64,000 bases of DNA from a virus (taxonomy: Duplodnaviria; Caudoviricetes): IMG/VR virus record IMGVR_UViG_3300047409_000364, positions 1,588 through 65,587 of that record, one strand, 5' to 3'. Position numbers and translations under genes: made by a program. The notes beneath the pieces were generated by a model. That model saw only the letters and a list, made by a program, of their open reading frames with translations, searched no databases and had not been told where the DNA came from. Positions 1 to 9,952 of this stretch are shown here, one piece after another (within the stretch, counting starts at the first letter, position 1; each line of letters opens with the position of its first letter).

Positions 1-1701
1 GCCATCCTGGCTCGCTATTCGACGGGCAATAGCTGCTGCGGGCCAACTATTCCGTCCGCGCACAGTCTGGCCCCCACCGTCACTGGCACCAGCGACCGGC
101 GAGTGTTCATCGTCGAGGCGAACGGCTACGCCGACTTTGGTAGTCCCCTAACCATAGGTAGCGGCACCTACGATAACGGGACCGGCGCGGTTGTCCTGAC
201 GTTAAGCGCCCCGACCTCGACGATTCCGGTTGGCTATCTGATCACCGTGCAGGGACTCACCGGAACAGGTGCCTTTGGATCTCTGGAGGGAACCTTCACT
301 GCTGCGACCGGCACCACCGGAAGCACAGTCAAGTTCGTGACGTCGCCGGCTCTGGGTGCCTCCACCATCACTGGCGGCAATGTCACGATCTCCTACCAGC
401 AGAGCATCATCAACTTCACGGCGCTCACGACCCTGGCGCAATCCGAGGGATGGTACACCGTCGTCCTGACGATGCCGGTAATGGATCTCAGCGAATACAT
501 CGTCGAGAGTGTCTACAACGTCAATCAGGCGGTTCGCCAGCGCGTGATCCCATCCGATCTCGTAATGGATATGGCGACCTGGGTGCAGAACAACGCTGCC
601 CCTTACTACATTGACACGCATCATTTGACCCTGCTGGGGCATCGCCAGGTTGCCGCCAACATGACGGCCTGCTTTATCTCTGGGGGCTGCCAGGTCAACT
701 ACTCGGGCGCCTATGTGGTCGAGCCGACAAACTTTCGGCACGGCCTGCGAGCGGACAATATCCCGGATGGAACGCCGTTCGTCATAAACTCGTTTATCCA
801 GTCCGTCCCGCTAGTGTCCTTGACCAATGCTTTTTCGGACCAGCAGACAAACATCACCTTCACCAGCCTGACGTCGCTCGGGGCACTTTCAAATCAGTTC
901 AACCTATCGCTGACTGGCCCGGATTATGGCGGCGGTTTTTCCTCGAAATTTGTGCTCGGGAACAACATCACCGGCGGCATCCCGTTCATGGTGGATGCGG
1001 CGACCGATCTGGTTACCCATCTCACCAACAATATATTCGGCTCGACCGGGCGTGCGGCGACATTCACGCTGGCGTCGGGCAATCTGACGGATCTCGCGAT
1101 ACGGTTCGACGACAATTCGTCGACTGTGCCGTTGAAACTGCAGAACTATGCGATCACAGCGGCGGCGCAAGGCCTCGGCATCAGTTGGACTTTCGGGGCT
1201 GGCGGCTCTCTAGGAGCCATTGCGGGCCGTGTGGACGTCCTAGCAACCGATACCTGGGCGGCGGCGGGGAACCGATCTGCTAAGATTCTCTTCCAGGTTA
1301 ACCAGGCCGGCAGCATCGGAAATGCACTGCAGCTCACGACAGCGGCGGCTACATTCCCCGGCGCCATTGATGGCGTAACGACCATCGCGCAGAGCGGTGC
1401 CTACAACAATACCGCGGGCACAATCCAATTCCTCGGCAATGCCGGCGGCTCGGCCGATGCGCTGACACTGACGCCGTCCCCGGCTCTTACCGCTCTAACC
1501 ACTGGTGCGATGTTCGTCTTCAAGGCGTCGGCCAACAACGCGACGACGACGCCTGCCTTGACCATCAGTAGCCTTGCTGGTCGTACTCTGGTCAAGCGCG
1601 CCGCAACGGCGCTGGCGGCGGACGACCTTGTGAGTGGCGGGTATTATTTCGCGGTTATCCAGGCCTCGACAATCCAGATCATCAATCCCACGGTGCCCTA
1701 A
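1..1701 (+). CDS. Tail fibre/spike-like protein with SGNH/GDSL hydrolase-like region (5' truncated)
   Basis: Frame is open from base 1. EANGYAD (block III-like) and DTHHLTLLGH (DxxH block V) motifs; Thr/Gly/Ala-rich beta C-terminus; lies upstream of tail genes. Confidence 0.65.
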   Translation, partial: AILARYSTGNSCCGPTIPSAHSLAPTVTGTSDRRVFIVEANGYADFGSPLTIGSGTYDNGTGAVVLTLSAPTSTIPVGYLITVQGLTGTGAFGSLEGTFTAATGTTGSTVKFVTSPALGASTITGGNVTISYQQSIINFTALTTLAQSEGWYTVVLTMPVMDLSEYIVESVYNVNQAVRQRVIPSDLVMDMATWVQNNAAPYYIDTHHLTLLGHRQVAANMTACFISGGCQVNYSGAYVVEPTNFRHGLRADNIPDGTPFVINSFIQSVPLVSLTNAFSDQQTNITFTSLTSLGALSNQFNLSLTGPDYGGGFSSKFVLGNNITGGIPFMVDAATDLVTHLTNNIFGSTGRAATFTLASGNLTDLAIRFDDNSSTVPLKLQNYAITAAAQGLGISWTFGAGGSLGAIAGRVDVLATDTWAAAGNRSAKILFQVNQAGSIGNALQLTTAAATFPGAIDGVTTIAQSGAYNNTAGTIQFLGNAGGSADALTLTPSPALTALTTGAMFVFKASANNATTTPALTISSLAGRTLVKRAATALAADDLVSGGYYFAVIQASTIQIINPTVP

Positions 1702-1946
1702 TGAAACTACTGATCGTCCTCGCGCTTCTCGTTCTGTCCGCGCCGGTTCTGGCGCAGCAGGGCCCTCCGTCGCCTGAAGCGCAGGCCCTTGGCGGAAAAC
1801 TGATGGAGGAGATCAACTCCAACGTCACGCTGCGCACGGAACTCATCAAGACGCAGGCTCAGCTAAAGTCTGCCCAAGAGGAGAACGCCAAACTGAAGGC
1901 GTCGGTGAAGGCCGAGGCTCCCAAGCCCGAGCCTCCCAAGAAGTGA
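1701..1946 (+). CDS. Small coiled-coil protein with hydrophobic N-terminus (signal peptide-like)
   Basis: MKLLIVLALLVLSAPVLAQ leader, heptad-rich middle; coupled to the fibre gene by TAATG. Confidence 0.6.
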   Translation: MKLLIVLALLVLSAPVLAQQGPPSPEAQALGGKLMEEINSNVTLRTELIKTQAQLKSAQEENAKLKASVKAEAPKPEPPKK

Positions 1947-1952
1947 GGGTCC

Positions 1953-2525
1953 GTGGCCGATACTCCCGCCGCATCCGTGGTGAACGAAGCCCTCCAGCAG
2001 ATGGGGGGCAACCAGCCCAAGGTCACCGGGAACGCGCCTGACTTTGACGGCTCGACGTCGGGCGTCGCGGCCAAATACCTCTACAATCCGTGCGTCGCTT
2101 TCGTCGCCCAGCAGTTCGAATGGGACTTCGCCCGGACCTATGTGAACCTGACGGTGAGCGGCAACACGCCGCCTGACGGCTGGGCCTTCGAATACCTCTA
2201 CCCGCCCGAGGCGATCCAGGTGTGGCAGGTGAAGCCCGCGACGGTCGCCGACGCCAACGATCCTCTGCCGACGACCTGGGTGCGCGGCAACACGCTGGTG
2301 TCCGCCGTGCAGACCGCGGTGCTGTGGACTGACATCCCCTCGGCTCAGGCGGTGGTGAACAACAATCCGTCGCCGACGGTGTGGAACCCCGGCTTTCACA
2401 TGGCGGTGGTGCGGCTGCTCGCGGCCGAGTTCGCGATCGCGCTCGCCGGCCGACCCGATACCTCTCAGGTGCTCACCAGCACCTCTGCTATGATGGCGGA
2501 CATTTCCAAGGCGCGAGATAGCTGA
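1953..2525 (+). CDS. Tail tubular protein A/adaptor-like, paralog 1
   Basis: VVNEALQQMG...Y...WDFAR...FEYLYPPE...FHMAVVRLLA pattern typical of T7 gp11-like adaptors. Confidence 0.7.
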   Translation: MADTPAASVVNEALQQMGGNQPKVTGNAPDFDGSTSGVAAKYLYNPCVAFVAQQFEWDFARTYVNLTVSGNTPPDGWAFEYLYPPEAIQVWQVKPATVADANDPLPTTWVRGNTLVSAVQTAVLWTDIPSAQAVVNNNPSPTVWNPGFHMAVVRLLAAEFAIALAGRPDTSQVLTSTSAMMADISKARDS

Positions 2526-3139
2526 TGGTTGCGTCCCTGAGTTCGCCCGCCGACGTCGTCAACGATGCCCTCCGGCGCATTGGCTACAAGCTCCGCGTCG
2601 GGCGGCTGGATGATGGCTCTGACGCCTCCAACACCGCGCTCGACATCTACGGCCAGACCCGTGACACCCTGCTGCGTGACGGCGATTGGCACTTCGCCCA
2701 GCGCGAGGTGAACGGCACGCTCCTGAAGTCGGCGCCGGCGGACTACTTCCCGCCCAACGCCTGGGACGCGACCACGATGCCGCCCATGCCCTGGCGATTC
2801 AGCTACACCTACCCAAGTGACTGCCTGAAGGTGCGCTCGGTGCGGCCGCAGCCCATGTTCGCCGTCGACATGACGCCGACGCCGACCCTGTTTGCCGACG
2901 TGAACGACAACGGCTACACGACGCCCGTGCGAGTGATCGTGGCAAATATTCCCACGCCGGTGATCGTCTACACCGGCCGCGTCACCGATCCCGCGATGTG
3001 GCAGGTGGATTTCACCGAGGCGATGTGTGCCGCCCTGGCCCGCCGCCTGGCACCGCAACTGGCCAGCATGCAAGCGGTGCCGCTCGAGGCCCAGGATGAG
3101 GCCGGCGCCTTGCGCTCTGCTGGCAGGGAGCAGGGCTGA
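2525..3139 (+). CDS. Tail tubular protein A/adaptor-like, paralog 2
   Basis: VVNDALRRIG...YGQTRDTLLR..DWHFAQ...FSYTYPSDCL...FTEAMCAALA. Confidence 0.8.
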   Translation: MVASLSSPADVVNDALRRIGYKLRVGRLDDGSDASNTALDIYGQTRDTLLRDGDWHFAQREVNGTLLKSAPADYFPPNAWDATTMPPMPWRFSYTYPSDCLKVRSVRPQPMFAVDMTPTPTLFADVNDNGYTTPVRVIVANIPTPVIVYTGRVTDPAMWQVDFTEAMCAALARRLAPQLASMQAVPLEAQDEAGALRSAGREQG

Positions 3140-4053
3140 TGGCCGACTACTATTCGCCAGAGATGATTTCCAACCTTGCGCTCCGTGCGGCGGGGGTGGA
3201 TTTCAGCATCGGCAGCATGCAGGAGGGCACCAAGCCCGCCCAGGAATGTCTCCTGCACTACTACGACACGATGAAGCAGCTTCTCCGGGCAGCGCACTGG
3301 TCGTTCGCCAGGAAGGACGCCCCGCTGCAGCTCGTGGCGGCGGCCGGCGGGATCGCCACCGACCAGAACGGCAACACCATCAGCGTCAATCCGCTGGTGC
3401 CGTCGGGCTTCCTCTATTCCTACAACTATCCGACCGACTGCCTGCTGGTGCGCTACATCCCGGCCAACTACTGGAACGTCAACCCGCCGATCCCAAGCGG
3501 CAACATCGTACCCAGCGACAACACCGCTCCGCTGACGACCGCGACCATGATCCCGGCGGGCAGTAGCCGTCCCGTGCCGAGCCGCTTCCTGATCACCAAC
3601 GATCCCAACTACGTGCCCGAGGGAGCCTCCAACGACACGCCCGGTATCAGCCCGATCGGCCAGACACTCATTCTCAGCAACGTCCAGAATGCCCGGTCGG
3701 TCTACACGTTTGAGGCGTCCTGGGTAAACCTTTGGGATGACCTGTTTCGCAACGCCATGGTGGCGTCCTTGGCAGCGCAACTGGCCTTGCCGCTGGCGAC
3801 CGACAAGAAGTTCGGCATGACCATGCGCAAGGACAACATCGCGATCGCCATGGACCGCATCAAGACGGCGCGGGCTTCGTCGGCAAACGAGGGCATCTCC
3901 TCCAGCGACCTGTCCGTCGACTGGATGCGGGCTCGCAACACCGGCTCGCCCATGGGCTACTGGGGCGGTGGCGCCGGGTGGGGTGGCGGCGGGCCGGGCT
4001 ACCTCTACGGTGGCTTTGGACAGATGTGGTTCGAAAATTCGAGTTCATATTGA
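3139..4053 (+). CDS. Tail tubular protein A/adaptor-like, paralog 3
   Basis: ISNLALRAAG...LLRAAHWSFAR...YSYNYPTDCL...LFRNAMVASLAAQLA. Confidence 0.8.
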   Translation: MADYYSPEMISNLALRAAGVDFSIGSMQEGTKPAQECLLHYYDTMKQLLRAAHWSFARKDAPLQLVAAAGGIATDQNGNTISVNPLVPSGFLYSYNYPTDCLLVRYIPANYWNVNPPIPSGNIVPSDNTAPLTTATMIPAGSSRPVPSRFLITNDPNYVPEGASNDTPGISPIGQTLILSNVQNARSVYTFEASWVNLWDDLFRNAMVASLAAQLALPLATDKKFGMTMRKDNIAIAMDRIKTARASSANEGISSSDLSVDWMRARNTGSPMGYWGGGAGWGGGGPGYLYGGFGQMWFENSSSY

Positions 4054-4815
4054 AAGATGCGCGCTGCGAATCTCCTCGATCCGCGCGACTACGGCGCTTC
4101 TATAGGCCGCAAGCGCTTCGCTATAGGTATTGAAAGTGCCAAGATGCTTGCGTCGTTGGCCACCGATGTTGATGCGCGTGCTCCATCGACCATGCTCGAG
4201 GCGGATATTCTTCGTAGCGCCAGCTTCAATCGCGGCAAGAGACTTGAGAAGAAAAGCAAGAGAGCGGAGAGGGCGCGGGCGCCCCAGGTGGGCGTTCCGT
4301 ATTTTTTCTTTAAGCGCCGCATTGAGGGGAATTCCGCGTCTCTTTGCAGCGCTCGTTTCAACCGCCGCTCGCGGGAAAGGTTTTCCCTTCTTCGCTGCAG
4401 ACATGTTTGCTCGTGCGGTGGCGCTCGCCGCCCTGCCCTTGTGAGCAATTCCTATTTTTCGTTTCGTTTCTTCCGAGTGAGGCTTGCGAAATCCCGGAGT
4501 GCCCATGCCGCCTTCGGTGATGTTGTAGCCCTTGGGGCTGAGAGTGCCGTGCGCCGCAATGAAGCGCTGCTCGGCTGCAGACGCTTCTTCGAGAGAATTA
4601 AAGATGCCCAGCGTTTCGAGAATAAAAGCATCGGCGCCGCAACGCTTGATGGCCCAGTGCAAGAGGCCGTTTTTCCTTTTTCCGTTAACGGACCAGATGT
4701 GATTGGCCCAACGATTCTCGACGGAACCATTCGTAAGGCCAACATAGGATTTTCGTTCTCTGGCGCACGTAACCTTGTAGATGCGCCAGACGCGCCCTAT
4801 CGTCTTATCAACCAT
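4045..4815 (-). CDS. GIY-YIG homing endonuclease with NUMOD3 motifs
   Basis: RIYKVT...SYVGLT..RW..H, GYNITEGG, HSEETKRKIG; antisense insertion with lower GC in the tail operon. Confidence 0.85.
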   Translation of the reverse strand: MVDKTIGRVWRIYKVTCARERKSYVGLTNGSVENRWANHIWSVNGKRKNGLLHWAIKRCGADAFILETLGIFNSLEEASAAEQRFIAAHGTLSPKGYNITEGGMGTPGFRKPHSEETKRKIGIAHKGRAASATARANMSAAKKGKPFPRAAVETSAAKRRGIPLNAALKEKIRNAHLGRPRPLRSLAFLLKSLAAIEAGATKNIRLEHGRWSTRINIGGQRRKHLGTFNTYSEALAAYRSAVVARIEEIRSAHLSI

Positions 4816-4913
4816 GGAGATGTTCTGCCTTTTCTCTCTGTGGCCAGAGGTGACGAGCTCGTTGAAGCGGGCTCGTCGCTTCGCATTTTAGTTGATGCCG
4901 CGGAGGGCGACAA

Positions 4914-7900
4914 GTGAGTGCGCCCTTCACTAAAGCCACCTTCACCGTTGGCGAATTGTCTCCGTCTATGTACGGCAGAGTTGATTTGGCCAGGTACAGT
5001 GCCGCCGCGTCCACGGCACGAAATTGTTTCATCCGGTACGCTGGCGGGCTCTCCTCGCGGGCGGGCTCGCTGTTCGTTGGTTACTCCAAGCAGACCGGGC
5101 GGGCCTATCCTCCGCGGCTGCTGACCTTCCAGTTCAACCTCAATCAGGGTCTCTGTCTGGAGTTCGGCAACTTCTACATGCGGGTGATCCAGAACGGCGC
5201 CTTCGTGGTCGATCGCACGCTGAGCATCGTTGGGATCACCCAGGCTAACCCGGCCGTGATCACCGTGGGCCCGACCTCGGGCGGCAACACGGTGACAGCC
5301 ATCAATACGGCGGTCGTGCGCTCCTACGAGCCCGGCGAGCATGTCACCCTGGCCGGCGGCACTTTCTCGAGCCCTGCGGTGGTGGCAGTGACCAACACGC
5401 TCCTGCTGGCCCTGGAAGTAAATGACGGGGGCACCGGGGTCTATGACATCGCAGACACGATCTCTCTCACGGGAGGATCCCAGACGACGCCAGCCCAGCT
5501 TACCGTCACGCATACCCAGGTGACAGGGGCGTCGATCGCCAACGCGGGCGCGGGCGGAACGGACGGCGCGCAGGTTGTGACGGGGACGACCGGCACGGGC
5601 ACAAAGTTCACGGCTAACGTCACGATTGCTGGCGGCCTTATTACCTCGGTCGATTCCATTGCCACGGGCGGCGACTACACGGTCAATCCGACGGCGCCGG
5701 CGGCGGAGCCTGTAACGGGCGCGGGAGCGGGAGCCCAACTGGATCTCAGCATTGGCGTGCTTGCCTTCACGATCACCAATCCCGGCGTGTTCACGTCCAA
5801 CGGGCCGGGCACCTTCACCCAGAACACGACCTCTGGCTCCGGCCTGGCGGCGACCTTCAAGAACGCAATCTTCGGCATCAACGCCGCCACCTTCAGCGAT
5901 CCCGGCGTCTATACGGTATTCCCGACCAATCCCGTCGCCCAGGACACCACTGACGGCATGGGGCTGGGCGCCACTTTCACCTGCACCAGCGCGACGGTGG
6001 GGGCGATGGATACCGGCGACTGGATCGAAATCAGCGGCGTCGGCGGCATGACCGAGCTGAACGGCGGCACGTTCGTGGTGACCAAGCTCAGTTCCACGAC
6101 CTATTCCCTGGCCGACGTGTTTGGCAACAACATCGACAGCACGGCCTACACGGCGTTCACCTCGGGCGGCATTGCCGAGCGCATCTACACCCTCGAGACG
6201 ATCTACGACGAGGTCGACCTGGCCTTCCTGAAGATCACCCAGTCGGCCGACGTCATGTCGATCTGCCTGGTCAATCAGGACACCAACGTCGAATACATCC
6301 CGCAGGATCTCGCGCGCACGACCAACAGCGACTGGACGTTTGAGCCGGTGGTGACGACGGCGACGGTCGACGCGCCCACGGATCTCACGGGCGTGGCGAG
6401 CAGCAGCGGCTCGACCAACTATCAGTACGTCGTTACCTCGGTCGACCCCAAGAACGGCACCGAAAGCATCGCCTCAAACATCGCCAGCATTTCGAGTGCA
6501 GTAAACATCGCCGCCACAGCGGGCTCGATTCAGTTGAGCTGGACTCCGGTCGATGGAGTCAGTCAGTACAACGTCTACAAGGCCAACCCTGTTTTCGATT
6601 TCGCCATCCCGGCGGGCGTGGAATTTGGCTTTGCCGGCACGGCGTTTGGCACGCAGTTCGTCGACAGCAACATCGTCGCCGACTCCTCGCAGGTGCCGCC
6701 CAAGCACCAGAACCCGTTTGCTCGCGGCCAGATCATCGGGGCATCGCCGTCGATGACCGGCTCGGGCTACACGACCGCCACCGTCGCCATCACCACCTCG
6801 ACGGGGTCGGGTGCGATCATCCGCGCGATCGTCCAGAGCGGCGGCATAGCGGCCTACATCGTCGACAATCCGGGCGAGGATTACGCCACGACCGACACGG
6901 CAGCCGTTTCGGGCGACGGCACAGGGGCGACGTTGATCCTCAATGTCGGACCTGAGACCGGCACCTATCCGGCCGTGCCGACCTACTTCCAGGAGCGCCG
7001 CGGCTACGGTTTTACGCTCAACCAGCCCGACACCTACTTCTTCTCCCAGCCGGGCTCGTTCAAGGACTTCGATACCCGCATCCCGACCCTGGCCAGCGAC
7101 GCCATCACTGGCAACCCGTGGGCGGTGCAGGTGAACGGCATCCAGGCCATGCTCAACCGGCCGGGCGGCCTGGTGGTGTTCACTGGCCGCGAGGCATGGC
7201 AACTCACCGGCACCGGCGGCTCGAGCCTCAATCCCCAGCCCATCACGCCCTCGACCCAGCAGGCCCAACCGCAGGCCTTCAACGGCTGCCACAGCCACGT
7301 CCCGCCCGTCGGCATCGACAACGAGATCCTGTACGTCCAGGCCAAGGGCTCGATCGTCCGCGACCTGTCCTACAACTACTTCGCCAACGTCTATACCGGC
7401 TCGGACCTGACGCTGAATTCCTCGCACCTGTTCACCGGCTATCAGATCCAGGAATGGGGCTGGGCGGAGGAACCGTTCAAGATCCTGCCGGCGGTGCGCG
7501 ACGACGGTACGGCGCTCTGCCTGACCTTCGTGAAGCCGCAGGAGGTGGCGGGTTGGACGCGCTGGGATACCAACGGCAGCTTCGTGTCGACGACAGTGGT
7601 GACCGAAGTGCCGGTCGACGCCGTCTATCTCGCCACCCAGCGGCAGCCGGTCCAGGGCAGTGCCTACATGATCGAGCGGATGGACAACCGCATCTGGAAC
7701 TCGGCCGAGGAGGCGTGGTGCGTCGACTGCGGTTTGCGACTGGGCCAGCCGGAGCCGGCCGCCACCCTCAATGTCAGCTCGGCCACCGGCGCCGGAACCA
7801 TCCCCTCTATAACCGTCACCAGCGGCGGCACGGGCTACGGCAGCGCCACGACGGCGACGGTGGTGGACGATGACGGCGAGGGCCCGGGGAGCGGCTGTAC

Positions 7901-8834
7901 GGTCGCCCTGACGATCGTGGCAGGGGTGATCACCGCGGCCACCCCGACGGGGGGAACCGGTTACACCTACCCCCAGATCGTGGTCTACGACCCGTCGAAC
8001 AGCGGCAGCGGGGCAGTCCTGACGGCCGCCCTGCTCAATAGCGCGACCGCCGTGGCGACCGGGGGCACGCCCTTCACCTCGGGCAACGTGGGCGACGTGA
8101 TCCGCTCGGGCGGCGGCATAATGACCATCACCGCCTTCAACAGCACGACCAACGTCACGGTCAACATCACCTCGCCGATCGTGGCGATCACGGTCGACGC
8201 CGCGGGTAACCGCCGGCCGCTGCCGCAGACCTCGGGCAACTGGACGATGACGACCCCGGTCACCGAGGTCTCCGAGCTGATGCACCTGGCGGGCCTGACC
8301 GTCACCGGCACCTACGACGGCAAGGCCATCCCACCTACGGTCGTACCACCCTCCGGCGTGATCACCCTGCCGGCCGCCGCCAGCGCAGTGACCGTGGGTC
8401 TGGGCTTCGTAATGCAGGCCCAGAGCCCCTACTTCAGCGTGCAGGGTCAGTCGGTCGAGGGCCATCGCAAGAAGGTGGCCGACGTGGTCGTGCGGGTCGA
8501 GGCGTCGCTTGGCTTCACCGTCGGCACCAACCAGCCGGACGGGTCGACCTTCTCGCCGATCCAGATCGCTCCGGTGTGGGAGGACATGCAGCCCGTGGAG
8601 AAGGCGACGGCGAGTTTCAACCGCGCGCCCTACGGCTCCGACGTCGAGCCGCTATGGACAGGCGATTCGAAATTCATCCCGGTCATGTCGGGCTTCGGCG
8701 TGCCCGGTCAGGTTTGTGTCCAGCAGGCATTGCCGTTTCCACTCAACCTGCTTGCGTTCATCCCCGACATTCTTCCCGGTGATGTCCCCCAAGTACAAGA
8801 GCCCAAGAGCGCCCGGAGTGGCCAAAATCAATAG
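4914..8834 (+). CDS. Tail tubular protein B/nozzle (T7 gp12-like) with inserted domains
   Basis: FTVGELSPSMYGRVDLARY N-terminus; TQSADVM; YPAVPTYFQERR; QEVAGWTRWDTNG; YMIERM; QALPFPLNLLA C-terminus. Confidence 0.9.
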   Translation: MSAPFTKATFTVGELSPSMYGRVDLARYSAAASTARNCFIRYAGGLSSRAGSLFVGYSKQTGRAYPPRLLTFQFNLNQGLCLEFGNFYMRVIQNGAFVVDRTLSIVGITQANPAVITVGPTSGGNTVTAINTAVVRSYEPGEHVTLAGGTFSSPAVVAVTNTLLLALEVNDGGTGVYDIADTISLTGGSQTTPAQLTVTHTQVTGASIANAGAGGTDGAQVVTGTTGTGTKFTANVTIAGGLITSVDSIATGGDYTVNPTAPAAEPVTGAGAGAQLDLSIGVLAFTITNPGVFTSNGPGTFTQNTTSGSGLAATFKNAIFGINAATFSDPGVYTVFPTNPVAQDTTDGMGLGATFTCTSATVGAMDTGDWIEISGVGGMTELNGGTFVVTKLSSTTYSLADVFGNNIDSTAYTAFTSGGIAERIYTLETIYDEVDLAFLKITQSADVMSICLVNQDTNVEYIPQDLARTTNSDWTFEPVVTTATVDAPTDLTGVASSSGSTNYQYVVTSVDPKNGTESIASNIASISSAVNIAATAGSIQLSWTPVDGVSQYNVYKANPVFDFAIPAGVEFGFAGTAFGTQFVDSNIVADSSQVPPKHQNPFARGQIIGASPSMTGSGYTTATVAITTSTGSGAIIRAIVQSGGIAAYIVDNPGEDYATTDTAAVSGDGTGATLILNVGPETGTYPAVPTYFQERRGYGFTLNQPDTYFFSQPGSFKDFDTRIPTLASDAITGNPWAVQVNGIQAMLNRPGGLVVFTGREAWQLTGTGGSSLNPQPITPSTQQAQPQAFNGCHSHVPPVGIDNEILYVQAKGSIVRDLSYNYFANVYTGSDLTLNSSHLFTGYQIQEWGWAEEPFKILPAVRDDGTALCLTFVKPQEVAGWTRWDTNGSFVSTTVVTEVPVDAVYLATQRQPVQGSAYMIERMDNRIWNSAEEAWCVDCGLRLGQPEPAATLNVSSATGAGTIPSITVTSGGTGYGSATTATVVDDDGEGPGSGCTVALTIVAGVITAATPTGGTGYTYPQIVVYDPSNSGSGAVLTAALLNSATAVATGGTPFTSGNVGDVIRSGGGIMTITAFNSTTNVTVNITSPIVAITVDAAGNRRPLPQTSGNWTMTTPVTEVSELMHLAGLTVTGTYDGKAIPPTVVPPSGVITLPAAASAVTVGLGFVMQAQSPYFSVQGQSVEGHRKKVADVVVRVEASLGFTVGTNQPDGSTFSPIQIAPVWEDMQPVEKATASFNRAPYGSDVEPLWTGDSKFIPVMSGFGVPGQVCVQQALPFPLNLLAFIPDILPGDVPQVQEPKSARSGQNQ

Positions 8835-8912
8835 ATTGCCGCATACTGTCGAGGCGACACCGCATTTGGCGTGCGATGCCGCCTCTAACCCTGACCCGAT
8901 AGGAGCGGAATC

Positions 8913-9416
8913 ATGGCTGGCACCAAACGTACTACGCCCGAACGGCTGCGTGAATTGATGGATTACAATCCAGACACCGGAGAGTTTACGTGGTTAAGGG
9001 GACGCGCCCGCACCGCGCGGGGAACCGTCGCTGGGCATAGGTGCCCCGACGGCTATATTTCCATCAAGATAGATCGTGAGCCGAATTTGGCGCACCGTCT
9101 GGCGTGGCTCTATATGACGGGAGAGTGGCCGTCGAACGACCTAGATCATAGAGATCTAAATCGCTCCAATAATGCTTGGAGCAATTTGCGCTTGGCGTCG
9201 CCTAGCTTGAATCAGGCAAACACGACCAAACGTGAGCGCAATACGACTGGCTATAAGGGCGTCGTGTATTGGCCAAAGAGAGGCAAGTGGTCCTCGTCTA
9301 TTATGGTGCGGGGAAAACGAATGTTTCTCGGAATGTTTGATAGCGCCGCTGAGGCGCACTGGCATTATTCCGAGATGGCCAAAGAGCACTTTGGTGAATT
9401 CGCGAGGCTCCATTGA
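8913..9416 (+). CDS. HNH homing endonuclease with AP2-like C-terminus
   Basis: YNPDTGEFTW, AHRLAWLYMTGEWP, DHRDLNRSNNAWSNLR, GYKGV, LGMFDSAAEAH, FGEFAR. Confidence 0.9.
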   Translation: MAGTKRTTPERLRELMDYNPDTGEFTWLRGRARTARGTVAGHRCPDGYISIKIDREPNLAHRLAWLYMTGEWPSNDLDHRDLNRSNNAWSNLRLASPSLNQANTTKRERNTTGYKGVVYWPKRGKWSSSIMVRGKRMFLGMFDSAAEAHWHYSEMAKEHFGEFARLH

Positions 9417-9952
9417 GCCGCGTCCAAGTTGTTCCCGGCAAATTGCATCATTGTGGTCGCATGGCGCGCGCTCTGCGCTACGAACACTATGCGGCGATGA
9501 CGCGGGTCGGTGTCGATGCTCACCGCTCGATCCGGGCGAACTTCGAGGCGTCGTATTTCTCCGAAGCTGTACTGATCGACGGCGAGCTTGCGGCGCTCGG
9601 CGGGGCTATCGGGTCCAGGCTGTCCCCGTTCGCCTTCGTGTGGGCGGTTCTGGCGGAGAAGGCCGCGCGCTATCCGAAGGAAATCGTGAAACAGGGACGC
9701 CGTGCGCTTGCCGAGCTGATGAACGACAAGGTCGAGCTCGTGACCACGGTCGACGTCGGCGATGAGGCGGCGCTGCGCTTCGCGGCCTTCTTGGGGTTCT
9801 ACACCGAGGAATTCGGCGAGGGTCAGGCGGCCTTCAGCCACCATGGTCGGCGCCGGCTGGTGCGTTACGTCAAGACCTCGCCCGACCTCCGTGTTCCGCA
9901 CGGCCACAGCCATGTCGTGCGCCTGGGCTATCATCCGATGGAGCTGAGCTGA
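9413..9952 (+). CDS. Internal virion protein A/GNAT-like (T7 gp13 position)
   Basis: Position after the nozzle; AVLIDGELAALGG and VDVGDEAALRFAAFLGF motifs. Confidence 0.65.
   Translation: MSRVQVVPGKLHHCGRMARALRYEHYAAMTRVGVDAHRSIRANFEASYFSEAVLIDGELAALGGAIGSRLSPFAFVWAVLAEKAARYPKEIVKQGRRALAELMNDKVELVTTVDVGDEAALRFAAFLGFYTEEFGEGQAAFSHHGRRRLVRYVKTSPDLRVPHGHSHVVRLGYHPMELS

Noticed and set aside
6474-8465. Long antisense ORFs (also 10677-12413, 16900-18057, 49620-50912, 51525-53387)
   Set aside because: Shadows of high-GC3 genes on the opposite strand; no motifs or RBS.
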